From Candidatus Heimdallarchaeota archaeon (GTDB taxonomy: Archaea > Asgardarchaeota > Heimdallarchaeia > Heimdallarchaeales > Kariarchaeaceae), in the NCBI GenBank assembly GCA_030149205.1, contig JASBSB010000007.1, positions 600,001 to 632,000 of the forward strand: DNA of 32,000 nt. The letters run 5' to 3'. Every line of letters begins with the position of its first letter. Position 1 is the stretch's first letter. Below are positions 18,769 through 27,686 of the stretch, one piece after another. The notes under the pieces were generated by a model. That model ran no database searches and was not told the DNA's origin. It saw only the letters and a list, made by a program, of their open reading frames with translations. The position numbers and the translations under genes were made by a program.

Positions 18769-19008
18769 TTGAAAATAAAAATAAGAGTTGAATTAGAAAT
18801 GAAAATTAAAATACCTTCAATAAAACACCCTGAAAATTTAATGCTATTTACTATAATATTCGCTGTTCTTATCGGCACAGTTGACAAATTTTATCGGTCC
18901 CCTGATGTCAGTTTCTTACTTTTTGGAATAGCGTTCATTATGACTTTATTGGTAATTGTTTCTTATATAGTAAATATGTATCAAGAAAAAAGCGATTCCA
19001 AGGTATAA
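18769..19008 (+). CDS. small two-TM membrane protein
   Basis: Hydrophobic segments LMLFTIIFAVLIGTV and VSFLLFGIAFIMTLLVIVSYIV with a basic N-terminus. The start may be ATG 18799. Confidence 0.6.
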   Translation: MKIKIRVELEMKIKIPSIKHPENLMLFTIIFAVLIGTVDKFYRSPDVSFLLFGIAFIMTLLVIVSYIVNMYQEKSDSKV

Positions 19009-19271
19009 GATATCTTTAGTCATCACAAGTAAAAATCACTTAGTGATTAGTAACACATGGATAGAAAATAACATTGGGGGATTAGCTACAAATTAACATT
19101 CTTGATTTCAAAAAGATGATTTGATAATTAATAATTATATTAAGCTAGAGTTTTTATTTAGTATTTTTTTTTAATATTCATATTTCAGAAATAAGTTTTG
19201 AAGTAATGTGATTTATTTGAATAAATTCTCCTGATGCTCAAAATTTAAGTAATGATTAAGGTAGATAACCC

Positions 19272-20063
19272 ATGGATAAATCCTCCACAATTCAATTATC
19301 AAATGGAGTTGGTATGCCTATAGTTGGGTTAGGGACTTGGAACCTAAGGGGTAAAGTTATGCAATCAATTTCTCAAAGAGCCTTAGAAATTGGATATCGA
19401 CACTTTGATACTGCAACGTACTATAATAATGAGAAAGATCTCGGTTTAGGGATTAAAGACTCAGGAGTTCAACGCTCAGAACTGTACATCACCACTAAAG
19501 TCTGGCCAAATGATTTCGGAAGAGATAAGACACTTAAAGCATTCGAAAACAGCTTGCGGGATTTAGGTATGAGTTATGTTGATCTCTATCTTATTCACTG
19601 GCCCTCCAATCAAAAAATAACTGATGAAACCTGGCTAACACTGAATGATATTTACTCTGATCAAAAATCCCGTGCCATAGGAGTTTCAAACTTTAGTGTC
19701 TCTCAATTAGCCCATTTAAAATCTGTTTCAGATGAGATTCCAGAGGTGAATCAGGTGAGATTTAATCCATTCAACTGGTCATCTGAATTATTGGATTATT
19801 GTAAGTCTGAGGGAATTGCTGTAACTGCGTATAGTCCATTGAATGAGGGGAAGGGATTAGATGATGAACTTCTTGTTCAGATAGGGGACACGTACAACAA
19901 ATCTTCAGCACAAATCATGCTGAGATGGGCACTTCAAAAAGGCACGGGCATAATTCCTAAATCTTCAAAAATCGATCGGCTACGGGAAAACTTGGATATT
20001 TTTGATTTTAAGCTGTCAAGGAGTGAGATGACCGAAATTGATAATATTCAAAGCAAAAAATAA
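19272..20063 (+). CDS. aldo/keto reductase (2,5-DKG reductase-like)
   Basis: VGLGTW, GYRHFDTATYY, ITTKVW, DLYLIHWP, IGVSNF, IIPKS. Confidence 0.96.
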   Translation: MDKSSTIQLSNGVGMPIVGLGTWNLRGKVMQSISQRALEIGYRHFDTATYYNNEKDLGLGIKDSGVQRSELYITTKVWPNDFGRDKTLKAFENSLRDLGMSYVDLYLIHWPSNQKITDETWLTLNDIYSDQKSRAIGVSNFSVSQLAHLKSVSDEIPEVNQVRFNPFNWSSELLDYCKSEGIAVTAYSPLNEGKGLDDELLVQIGDTYNKSSAQIMLRWALQKGTGIIPKSSKIDRLRENLDIFDFKLSRSEMTEIDNIQSKK

Positions 20064-20152
20064 TAACTCCACAGATCATGTATCTAAATCATATAAAGAA
20101 GAACAACAGTTTTGAGAATTAGAAATCACACGATATAGACAACAACCCTTAT

Positions 20153-20160
20153 TTTATATG
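20153..20160 (+). promoter_or_regulatory. candidate archaeal TATA box for aIF-1A
   Basis: TTTATATG about 33 nt upstream of the TTG start at 20193. Confidence 0.4.
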
Positions 20161-20192
20161 ACAGCTATACTATAATAGAGGACAGACACAAA

Positions 20193-20549
20193 TTGGTTAG
20201 AAAGAAGAATGCAAAGTCAAAAAGTAGGTCAAAAAATTCACAAGGGGATGTAATTAGGGTAAGGCTTCCTAAAAAGGAAAATGGAGAGGTACTTGGGCAG
20301 ATTATTCAACTTTTAGGGGGAAACCTTTTGCTTGTGAGATGTGTTGATGAGAAAGTCAGAAAGATTAGGATACCCGGTAAATACAGGAAAAGAATGTGGT
20401 CAAGGACAGGCGATATTGTAATTATAATTCCAGAGTTTGGACTTCACCCTGATGAGAGAGGCACATTAGAACATAGATATCGTAAGAATGAAGCCCAGTT
20501 TCTCTATGATCGAGGGTTGATTCCAGAAGAGTACATTACCTCACTTTGA
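20193..20549 (+). CDS. eif1a: translation initiation factor aIF-1A
   Basis: RVRLPKKENGEVLGQIIQLLGG, CVDEKVRKIRIPGKYRKRMWSRTGDIV, HRYRKNEAQFL. This is the archaeal eIF-1A pattern. Confidence 0.94.
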   Translation: MVRKKNAKSKSRSKNSQGDVIRVRLPKKENGEVLGQIIQLLGGNLLLVRCVDEKVRKIRIPGKYRKRMWSRTGDIVIIIPEFGLHPDERGTLEHRYRKNEAQFLYDRGLIPEEYITSL

Positions 20550-20645
20550 CGATTATCGTAAATCAAATTCGAATGATAAAAAATCGTAGTATCAAATAAT
20601 TATCTTTTAATAAATGTTATATCGATATATAATAGTGAGACAAAA

Positions 20646-22094
20646 TTGAGTCTTGAAGAATTCGAAAATTTCGATATTAATGCAAAGCGAAAAGAATTAA
20701 TTGCAAAATATGCCCCTGGGTTGGGTTTCAGTGCTGATGAGATTGAAACACTTTATGATATAGTTTCAACTCTGAATACCATTCTCGAAAAAAACAAGGT
20801 GAGAGAAGCAGCAAGAGACTGGGATCATGTAGGTGTCCACGTAAAGGATGGCAATGTTGTACTTCCTGATAACTTTATCAAAGTTGTTGATGAGATTGTT
20901 AAGGAAAACCAACTGTACAGTTTCTTTCTTCCCCGAGATTTAGATGGTCTGGGATTCGGCAATCTGTTCCAGGGTGTAATTTCGGAAACAATCGCAAGTC
21001 ATGATATAGCTCTCCAGATTATGGTTCTTATTTCATTATCTGTTGTTGAAGCTTTGGTTCAATATTATAAGCCTAATTTTGAACAGACATTGCATGAGTT
21101 CGCTGAGGGTAAAAGATTGGGATATGTTGCGTTCACAGAACCCAATGCAGGTTCAAATTTAGAGGCAATCAAATCCACATCAGAGCTGGTTGGTGACGAA
21201 TATGTTTTGAATGGAACTAAAATCTTCATCTCAAACGGAGGATATGCCAATACAGGTCTGTTTCTGGCTCAAAATATGGTAAACGGAAAGAGAGAGGGAA
21301 CCAACGTTTTCTTAGTTGATAAACTGGATGGGATCACAACCTTAAGGGTCGAGGAAAAGTCAGGATTACATGTTTCACCAACATCACAAATCCAATTTGA
21401 AAATGTTACTGTTCCGAAGGAGAACATAATTGCAGATGTTGGGAATGGCTACAGAAAAGTTCTTGAAAGATTGATGGGGATGCGAATCGGTGTGAGCTTT
21501 CAGGGAATTGCGGCTGCCAAAAGAATGTATCAGGTATCATTAGATTATGCCCAAACCAGAGAACAGTTTGACCAACCTATAATCTCTTTCCCAATAATTA
21601 GAAAGAAACTTTCAGAAATGCAGAAAACTATCCCAAGAATGGAAGAATATGGGTATAGAGCAGCCTTCAGCTTAGATAGGTATAATCATGGTTGGATACC
21701 CACTGATGTTGGTGCAGGTGGTAAACCTGGACCGGAAAAACAAGCAGCGAGTATGGTTCCTGGTGCAGTTCGAGGTGGAATTGCTCATCATTACGTATCA
21801 TCATCTAAATTATACACCTCAGAGATTGTGAATCAGATGGGATATGATGCTGCACAGATTTTCGGAGGAAACGGGTTCATCGCAGAATACGAGGTAAACA
21901 AGCTGGCAAGAGACGTGCGTGTGTTGCCTGTTTATGAGGGAACATCCGAGATCCATGATGCAATCTTAACAAGAGCAGAAAGGGCAGTACAGATGATTCC
22001 GACATTCAAGAGATTGTACGAAACCTTCCCAGACTCAACTGTGTATGAAAGAATCTTATTTGAGAGATTTCCTGAGATGAAAAAGATCATATAA
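20646..22094 (+). CDS. acyl-CoA dehydrogenase
   Basis: FTEPNAGSN, LNGTKIFISNG, EEKSGLH, YAQTREQFDQPI, QIFGGNGF, VYEGTSEI (catalytic Glu). Confidence 0.96.
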   Translation: MSLEEFENFDINAKRKELIAKYAPGLGFSADEIETLYDIVSTLNTILEKNKVREAARDWDHVGVHVKDGNVVLPDNFIKVVDEIVKENQLYSFFLPRDLDGLGFGNLFQGVISETIASHDIALQIMVLISLSVVEALVQYYKPNFEQTLHEFAEGKRLGYVAFTEPNAGSNLEAIKSTSELVGDEYVLNGTKIFISNGGYANTGLFLAQNMVNGKREGTNVFLVDKLDGITTLRVEEKSGLHVSPTSQIQFENVTVPKENIIADVGNGYRKVLERLMGMRIGVSFQGIAAAKRMYQVSLDYAQTREQFDQPIISFPIIRKKLSEMQKTIPRMEEYGYRAAFSLDRYNHGWIPTDVGAGGKPGPEKQAASMVPGAVRGGIAHHYVSSSKLYTSEIVNQMGYDAAQIFGGNGFIAEYEVNKLARDVRVLPVYEGTSEIHDAILTRAERAVQMIPTFKRLYETFPDSTVYERILFERFPEMKKII

Positions 22095-22188
22095 ATAATT
22101 AAACAGTTATGATAAATTTAGCTTGTTTATTTTCCTCTTTAACATGAATAAAGTTTAATTTAATTGAAGTTCATAAAGAATTGTTAAC

Positions 22189-23394
22189 ATGAGTGCCCTT
22201 GAAACAGCATTTTTTTTTGTTCATTGGTTGAATGTTGTGGCTGGAATCAGCCTGGCACTCACGAATCTCATCAAATTCAAACAAACCAAAATTTACTCAT
22301 TGATTTTGATGGTTGGGGCACTGCTAAATTATGCATTCATTAACCTGATCTTGATTTTTGTCAATATGAACACCTTTCTGAAATATGATCACTTTATATT
22401 CTATTATATTACGCATCCTATCTCACTTCAACAGTTATTGGGGAACATCACCGTCATTTTGATGGCAATTGTCGTAGCTAATCTTATAGTATTTTTTAAT
22501 CAGTTCAACTCAAAAAATTTTGCAGTAAATAACTTATTGGGCTTAGTAACCATTATTGGGATACTTTCAATATTTTTTGTCTCAATTTCAGAGGATAACT
22601 ACCTTATCCTCTCAATTCCCGAACTAAAGAGTGATATCTTAATCTATCTCTGGACTCCACTTTCATACTTATTTTTAGTTCCACCAATTGCTTGGTTGGC
22701 AATCGTGGTTACTAAAAATCTCAAAGCTTCACTTACAGAGAACACCCCCAAAAAACAAAGAACCCAAATTAACCTGATGAGGTACGGGCTTTGGGCAAGT
22801 TTTATTATCGGTCCATCTTTATCTTTTCTTGGTGATTTGCTGGTCTATTTCAACTTGAATTCTCTAGGGTTTTGGGTCTCAGAGATTTTAGGATTTTTGG
22901 TTATTACTCTGGGTATAAGCACCATAACAATTTCCTATGTGATTGATGACAGTTTACTCTTCTTGCAGGGCAGTAGAGTAGAACGGATCATGGTCATTCA
23001 AGATTCTGGTCTTACGTTATTTAATTATGAATTTCAGCCACATCTTGGGAATTCACAGAGTCAATCTTTGATTGGAGGTCTCTTACTAACAATTCAGAAT
23101 GTCTCAAAAGATGTAATTGGTGAAGAAGACCTGTTGGAAACCATAAAGTTTGGTAAATCTGAAATTATCTTTAGAAATCTGAATAACCTATTGTTTGTTC
23201 TCCAGACAAAACGAACCTCAAACTTTCTTTACTCTGCACTCAAGCAATTTTCAGAGGAGTTCTGTACATATTTTGAGGATGCAACCTATCAGAAAGTTGT
23301 CTCAGATAGGTTTTATAACCAAATTCTCCCTCAGTTTGAAAGAATATTTGGAATTAAATCATCAGTTAAAAACATTAGAGAGATTAATGTCTAA
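22189..23394 (+). CDS. seven-TM membrane protein with C-terminal longin-like domain
   Basis: Seven hydrophobic helices in aa 1-250 counted by eye. From aa ~264, IMVIQDSGLTLF...LIGGLLLTIQNVSKDV...LETIKFGKSEIIF...LLFVL...LYSALKQFSEEF follows the longin pattern. Confidence 0.72.
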   Translation: MSALETAFFFVHWLNVVAGISLALTNLIKFKQTKIYSLILMVGALLNYAFINLILIFVNMNTFLKYDHFIFYYITHPISLQQLLGNITVILMAIVVANLIVFFNQFNSKNFAVNNLLGLVTIIGILSIFFVSISEDNYLILSIPELKSDILIYLWTPLSYLFLVPPIAWLAIVVTKNLKASLTENTPKKQRTQINLMRYGLWASFIIGPSLSFLGDLLVYFNLNSLGFWVSEILGFLVITLGISTITISYVIDDSLLFLQGSRVERIMVIQDSGLTLFNYEFQPHLGNSQSQSLIGGLLLTIQNVSKDVIGEEDLLETIKFGKSEIIFRNLNNLLFVLQTKRTSNFLYSALKQFSEEFCTYFEDATYQKVVSDRFYNQILPQFERIFGIKSSVKNIREINV

Positions 23395-23462
23395 ATAAAC
23401 TACAATTCAATTCACGATTTCATCATACAGTGTTATAAACTGATTTCTTTTTTTTAGATTAA

Positions 23463-25187
23463 GTGTCGATATTTAAAAAACTCAGTCAACGAGTTATCCT
23501 GAATGACCATGAAGATTTTCTTCATAAAGCAAGGATATGGTTTCCCTTTGCTCTAGTAACAGGAATCTCTGTGGGACTCCTTATGGCACTTTTTTTTATA
23601 TTCATGACACTTATTCAAAGGGTTGCCTCGTATTTACATCCTCTATTAGCTGTTACCATCGGTTCTCTATTTGTGATTCTTTTATTTATTATAAAATTTG
23701 AGGATCCAACTAAAAATGGGATTTCATATGTGATCGGGAAAAGACACACAGAAGAAACAATACCAATTAATGAGGCACCTAAAAAATTCTTAAGCTCTGG
23801 GGTTCTCATAGGGAGTGGGGTACCTGTTGGACGAGAAGCTCCAGCACTAATAATTGGTAGTGCGATTGCAATTAGAATTGCAAGATTTTTCAAAATTCCC
23901 TCAAATCGTCTTTATCAGGCGATCACCGTTGGAAGTGCGGCATCTACCGGTGCCCTGTTTCAGGCACCTTTTGGGTCTGCTATCTTTGCAGCAGAGGTGC
24001 CTTACAAAGAGGATGCAGATGAACCAATACTGATGGTTGCATTTCTTGCCTCGGTGGTAGCAGCAGTTACCGCTTTTCAATTCATATCTGCTTTTTCAAA
24101 GATTGTGACACCCATTGATTTTCATATTTTCACCTTACCTATCAAACCAGTCTTAGTTGTCAATTTTGAAACTGCTACTCTGTCCATACTTTTGGGTGCT
24201 ATTGCTGGGCTTGTTGGTAGGCTATTCATAATCTATTACAATTGGTTTGACAGAGAGTCTCGACGGAGGTTTAGTGGTTCCACAAGGTTACTAGTTGGTT
24301 TACTCTTGGCACTTTTATCACTTGCAACTGGGATCTTGATTTTGCAAGATATTACACCCTTTTATCACATATCCATATTCGATTTAATCAACAAACTGGT
24401 AATTGGGAGACAATATCATGTAGTTTATCTTCTCATACCATTAATATTGGTCCAAATTATAAGCACCTCTTCATTTGTGGGTTCAGGGTTCCCAGGAGGT
24501 GTCTTTGCTCCATCACTAGCGGTTGGAGGATATACAGGGATATTATTTTCAACATTTTTAGGGGTTCATGATCCCACAACCGTATTTGCCTGGGTAATTA
24601 TTTCTATGAGTGCAACACATGCTGCCACCACAAAAACACCAATAGCCTCTGTCTTGCTAATTTTAGAAATCTCTGGATTACCAGCACTCATTATTTTTAT
24701 GGTGCTTGGAAATATTTCATCCTATCTAATTTCTGGATCAAACTCCCTCTATAAAGGTCAAATAAGATCTAGAGATGCAAAAATTCTAAAACAGTTACAT
24801 GAATATGATAGGCATGAAAACCTATTGGTCAAGGAGATAATGACTCCTAGGAATATGACAGTAACTGTAAGTTCGACGGTAACCCTGTCTCAAGCGAAGG
24901 AAAAATTAGAATCTTCAGGTAAACGAGAATTCCCTGTCCTTAGCGAATCTGGGAAGGTTTTAGGTATGTTAGACTTAGACACAGCACAAAAACATTTCAC
25001 AGATAGACCACAGCTTAGAATTTCTGAACTTATGAATAAAGATTTTCCACAAATAAATGAAGCGATGAATGGTAAAGAGGCACTCTATAGTATGTTGGAA
25101 TTTGATGTGGAAAGAGCTCCCGTTCTTTCAGAGGAAAATGAACTATTGGGAATCATTAGTATCAAAGATATTGTTCATCGTGGATAA
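23463..25187 (+). CDS. ClC-family chloride channel/antiporter with two CBS domains
   Basis: GSGVPVGREAP (gating Glu), FQAPFGSAIFAAE, GGVFAPSL, KTPIASVLLILE, LYKGQ; C-terminal CBS pair (VKEIMT...FPVL...ERAPVL). Confidence 0.93.
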   Translation: MSIFKKLSQRVILNDHEDFLHKARIWFPFALVTGISVGLLMALFFIFMTLIQRVASYLHPLLAVTIGSLFVILLFIIKFEDPTKNGISYVIGKRHTEETIPINEAPKKFLSSGVLIGSGVPVGREAPALIIGSAIAIRIARFFKIPSNRLYQAITVGSAASTGALFQAPFGSAIFAAEVPYKEDADEPILMVAFLASVVAAVTAFQFISAFSKIVTPIDFHIFTLPIKPVLVVNFETATLSILLGAIAGLVGRLFIIYYNWFDRESRRRFSGSTRLLVGLLLALLSLATGILILQDITPFYHISIFDLINKLVIGRQYHVVYLLIPLILVQIISTSSFVGSGFPGGVFAPSLAVGGYTGILFSTFLGVHDPTTVFAWVIISMSATHAATTKTPIASVLLILEISGLPALIIFMVLGNISSYLISGSNSLYKGQIRSRDAKILKQLHEYDRHENLLVKEIMTPRNMTVTVSSTVTLSQAKEKLESSGKREFPVLSESGKVLGMLDLDTAQKHFTDRPQLRISELMNKDFPQINEAMNGKEALYSMLEFDVERAPVLSEENELLGIISIKDIVHRG

Positions 25188-25241
25188 CCAGTCCATTAGA
25201 ACAAGAAAACCCTTTATTGTCATCAAAGAAATAAACTGTGT

Positions 25242-25769
25242 ATGGATAAAATATTTGTACAAACATTAAAAACCCCTTTTGCAACATTTTTAGTAGGAAT
25301 CTTAAATGATTCTTGCTGTATTTTTGAATATAAAGAAAGGAGAGGTCTAGAAAATTTTCTAATGAAGCTAGAGGAAAATCATTCTGCATTAATTGTAAAT
25401 GAGGAACATAATTTACATAAGGATATTCAAAAAGAATTTAAGATGTATCTTGATGGGACTCTCAAAACTTTTAGCATTCCATTAATATTTACTGGAACAG
25501 ACTTTCAAAGGTTGGTCTGGAATGAAGTATTAAAAATTGAATTTGGGAAAACATCAACTTATAAGGATCTTGCTAAGAAACTCAATTCAAGTCCCCGTGC
25601 AATTGGAAGTGCAAATGGTGCAAATCATCTAGCGATTCTTGTACCTTGTCATCGTGTTGTCTCAGCGACTGGTGGATTAGTTGGCTATGGTGGGGGATTG
25701 AATCGTAAAAAGAAGTTGTTGGAATTTGAAAAAAAATATTCCCAACCGAGACTTTCACAATGGGTTTGA
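25242..25769 (+). CDS. ogt: methylated-DNA--protein-cysteine methyltransferase
   Basis: GTDFQRLVW, PRAIGSANGAN, VPCHRVV (active Cys), LVGYGGGL. Confidence 0.95.
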   Translation: MDKIFVQTLKTPFATFLVGILNDSCCIFEYKERRGLENFLMKLEENHSALIVNEEHNLHKDIQKEFKMYLDGTLKTFSIPLIFTGTDFQRLVWNEVLKIEFGKTSTYKDLAKKLNSSPRAIGSANGANHLAILVPCHRVVSATGGLVGYGGGLNRKKKLLEFEKKYSQPRLSQWV

Positions 25770-25774
25770 TCTGC

Positions 25775-26251
25775 TTATTTGTCTGAATAAACCCTAGAAA
25801 GAAATGTTAAGAGATCTGTATTCTCTGTTTTACAGTTGTAGAGTTTGAGAACAACTGTAAGTTGACCCCTATGATACGCACTGTGGAAAGGGAACTGCAG
25901 AACAAAATTAGTTGCTTTTATTCCTGAGAACTGTTGGAGTTCAATTTTTGTTTCTTCTGATTTGTGTGATAGGTTCTTCAGTCCTACGTCTAGCTTCTTC
26001 CAATACTGAAATAACTCCCGAAGTTCTAAGTTTTTAACATCTTTCCTGTCATCCTTGTTCAAATCTCTTTGTTCAGAAAGAATCAAGACACATCTCAACT
26101 CAGCAAGTACAATATGTTGGCATAGCTCAAAAAGAGATTTGAACCCAGGGAGCTTAGTCTTAATCATTGACTCGTCAAGCTTTTCAATCATCTCTCTGTA
26201 TTTTTCGTTAGCCCAGATATTATACTCAAATATTAGGTCTGATGTAGTCAC
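25775..26251 (-). CDS. DinB/YfiT family protein
   Basis: YNIWAN, SLFELCQHI, HSAYHRGQL metal-binding His motif. Confidence 0.85.
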   Translation of the reverse strand: MTTSDLIFEYNIWANEKYREMIEKLDESMIKTKLPGFKSLFELCQHIVLAELRCVLILSEQRDLNKDDRKDVKNLELRELFQYWKKLDVGLKNLSHKSEETKIELQQFSGIKATNFVLQFPFHSAYHRGQLTVVLKLYNCKTENTDLLTFLSRVYSDK

Positions 26252-26272
26252 AAATCAGACTCCTATGATTTT

Positions 26273-26280
26273 TTTATAAA
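26273..26280. promoter_or_regulatory. palindromic TATA box between divergent dinB and MFS genes
   Basis: TTTATAAA reads the same on both strands. It lies 22 nt from the dinB start and 30 nt from the MFS start. Confidence 0.45.
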
Positions 26281-26310
26281 TTTTGGTCAAGATAAACTCT
26301 AAAAATTCAT

Positions 26311-27606
26311 GTGACAACTACACAAGACTTTCAAACACATAGCACAATCTCAGGTATGAGTGGTATCCGGAATCGTTATGTAGGTCTATCTGCATATGCT
26401 TTATTCTGGTTTGGTCAACTTGTGTCATTCCTTGGTTCGTCTATAGTCCAATTTGTGTTGATCTGGTGGATAACCATAACCACTCAAAGTGCATTTTACC
26501 TGGGTCTTGGTTCATTTTTAGCATTTGGAACAATGACTGTAATTATGCCCTTTGCTGGGGTGCTGGTCGACAGATGGCCTCGAAAATTAGTTTTAGCAGG
26601 GGCTGATGGTTTACAGGCCCTTGTTACACTGGGGGTAATCTACCTGTTTTATATCAACAGAGCAACAGTTGGAGTTATCTTAATAATGATAACAATCAGA
26701 GGTATATTGGCAGGCTTTCACTCCCCCGCTTTTCAGGCGGTGATTCCCTTATTGGTTCCAGCCCAACATCTTGAAAAAATTAATTCACTTGGGTTCGTAG
26801 CTGATGCATTGACAAATATTATTGGTCCAATCTTAGGTGCAGTTGTTATTAACATCTTCACCATTGAGAGAATGGGTGATATATTATGGATAGATATGTT
26901 AACATTCCTTGTGGCATTGCTTCCTTTGATTTTCATAGCTATTCCGTTTCAGGGCAAAGATGAGGAAAGCACGTATTTCGAAGAACTTAAACAAGGGGTC
27001 TCTTATCTGAAGAACCATCAATTTCTCTTTAAGATTATAATTGGGTTTAGTGTAATGAATTTATTTGCAACGTCAACAGTAATTCTATTACCTCTTATCA
27101 TCTCATCACCAAATTATTTCAACGGAAATGAGAACCTTCTCAGTTGGATGATAGTCATAAATCAAGTTGGTGGGATTATAGGGGCTCTGTTCATGACCTT
27201 CTATCCAATTTTTAAGAATCATATCACTGGAATTAGGGTAGGTATCATGTTAGTGTTCATAGGGGCTGGACTAATTGGGATTGGTGCATTATTTATCAAT
27301 ATCATAGCATTGTCACTTGGGTTAGCTATCTTGGGATTTGGTTTTCCAGTAGCACTAATTTCAGCTCAAACACTGTATCATAAGGAAATTCCAAAACAAC
27401 TACATGGAAGAGTTATTTCAGCAAGTCTGTTTATTGCTCAAATTTTTGCAGCTATTGGGATGTATCTGGTCGGTATTTTAGCACAAGAATATGGGTTAGC
27501 TACAATCATACTTTCGTTTCAAGTTGCTGGGGTATCCCTTTACCTTCTAACCCAGTTATTTGTCAAGTCCAATGGGGAGCCATTAAGAGAACAAACACTT
27601 TCTTGA
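26311..27606 (+). CDS. MFS transporter (DHA3-like), paralog of 16612-17895
   Basis: WFGQLVSFLGSSIVQFVLIWWITITTQSAFYLGL, motif A AGVLVDRWPRK, about 12 TM segments. Confidence 0.93.
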   Translation: MTTTQDFQTHSTISGMSGIRNRYVGLSAYALFWFGQLVSFLGSSIVQFVLIWWITITTQSAFYLGLGSFLAFGTMTVIMPFAGVLVDRWPRKLVLAGADGLQALVTLGVIYLFYINRATVGVILIMITIRGILAGFHSPAFQAVIPLLVPAQHLEKINSLGFVADALTNIIGPILGAVVINIFTIERMGDILWIDMLTFLVALLPLIFIAIPFQGKDEESTYFEELKQGVSYLKNHQFLFKIIIGFSVMNLFATSTVILLPLIISSPNYFNGNENLLSWMIVINQVGGIIGALFMTFYPIFKNHITGIRVGIMLVFIGAGLIGIGALFINIIALSLGLAILGFGFPVALISAQTLYHKEIPKQLHGRVISASLFIAQIFAAIGMYLVGILAQEYGLATIILSFQVAGVSLYLLTQLFVKSNGEPLREQTLS

Positions 27607-27611
27607 GTTTT

Positions 27612-27625
27612 GAAACATTTATATC
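27612..27625 (+). promoter_or_regulatory. candidate BRE-TATA upstream of Dna2-like gene
   Basis: Purine-rich GAAACA immediately followed by TTTATATC, about 60 nt upstream of the GTG start. Confidence 0.3.
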
Positions 27626-27686
27626 GTTGTATTTTCACATAATTTCAAGCAAACTATTTATTAGATAGAGGGAGAGACAAAATTTA

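Noticed and set aside
17896-19271. IS element or MITE bounding the ORFan pair
   Set aside because: I found no terminal inverted repeats, target-site duplication or transposase fragment.
23463-25187. Fluoride exporter (CLC-F)
   Set aside because: Lacks the GNNLI/GMGLI, GREGT and GEVTP signatures.
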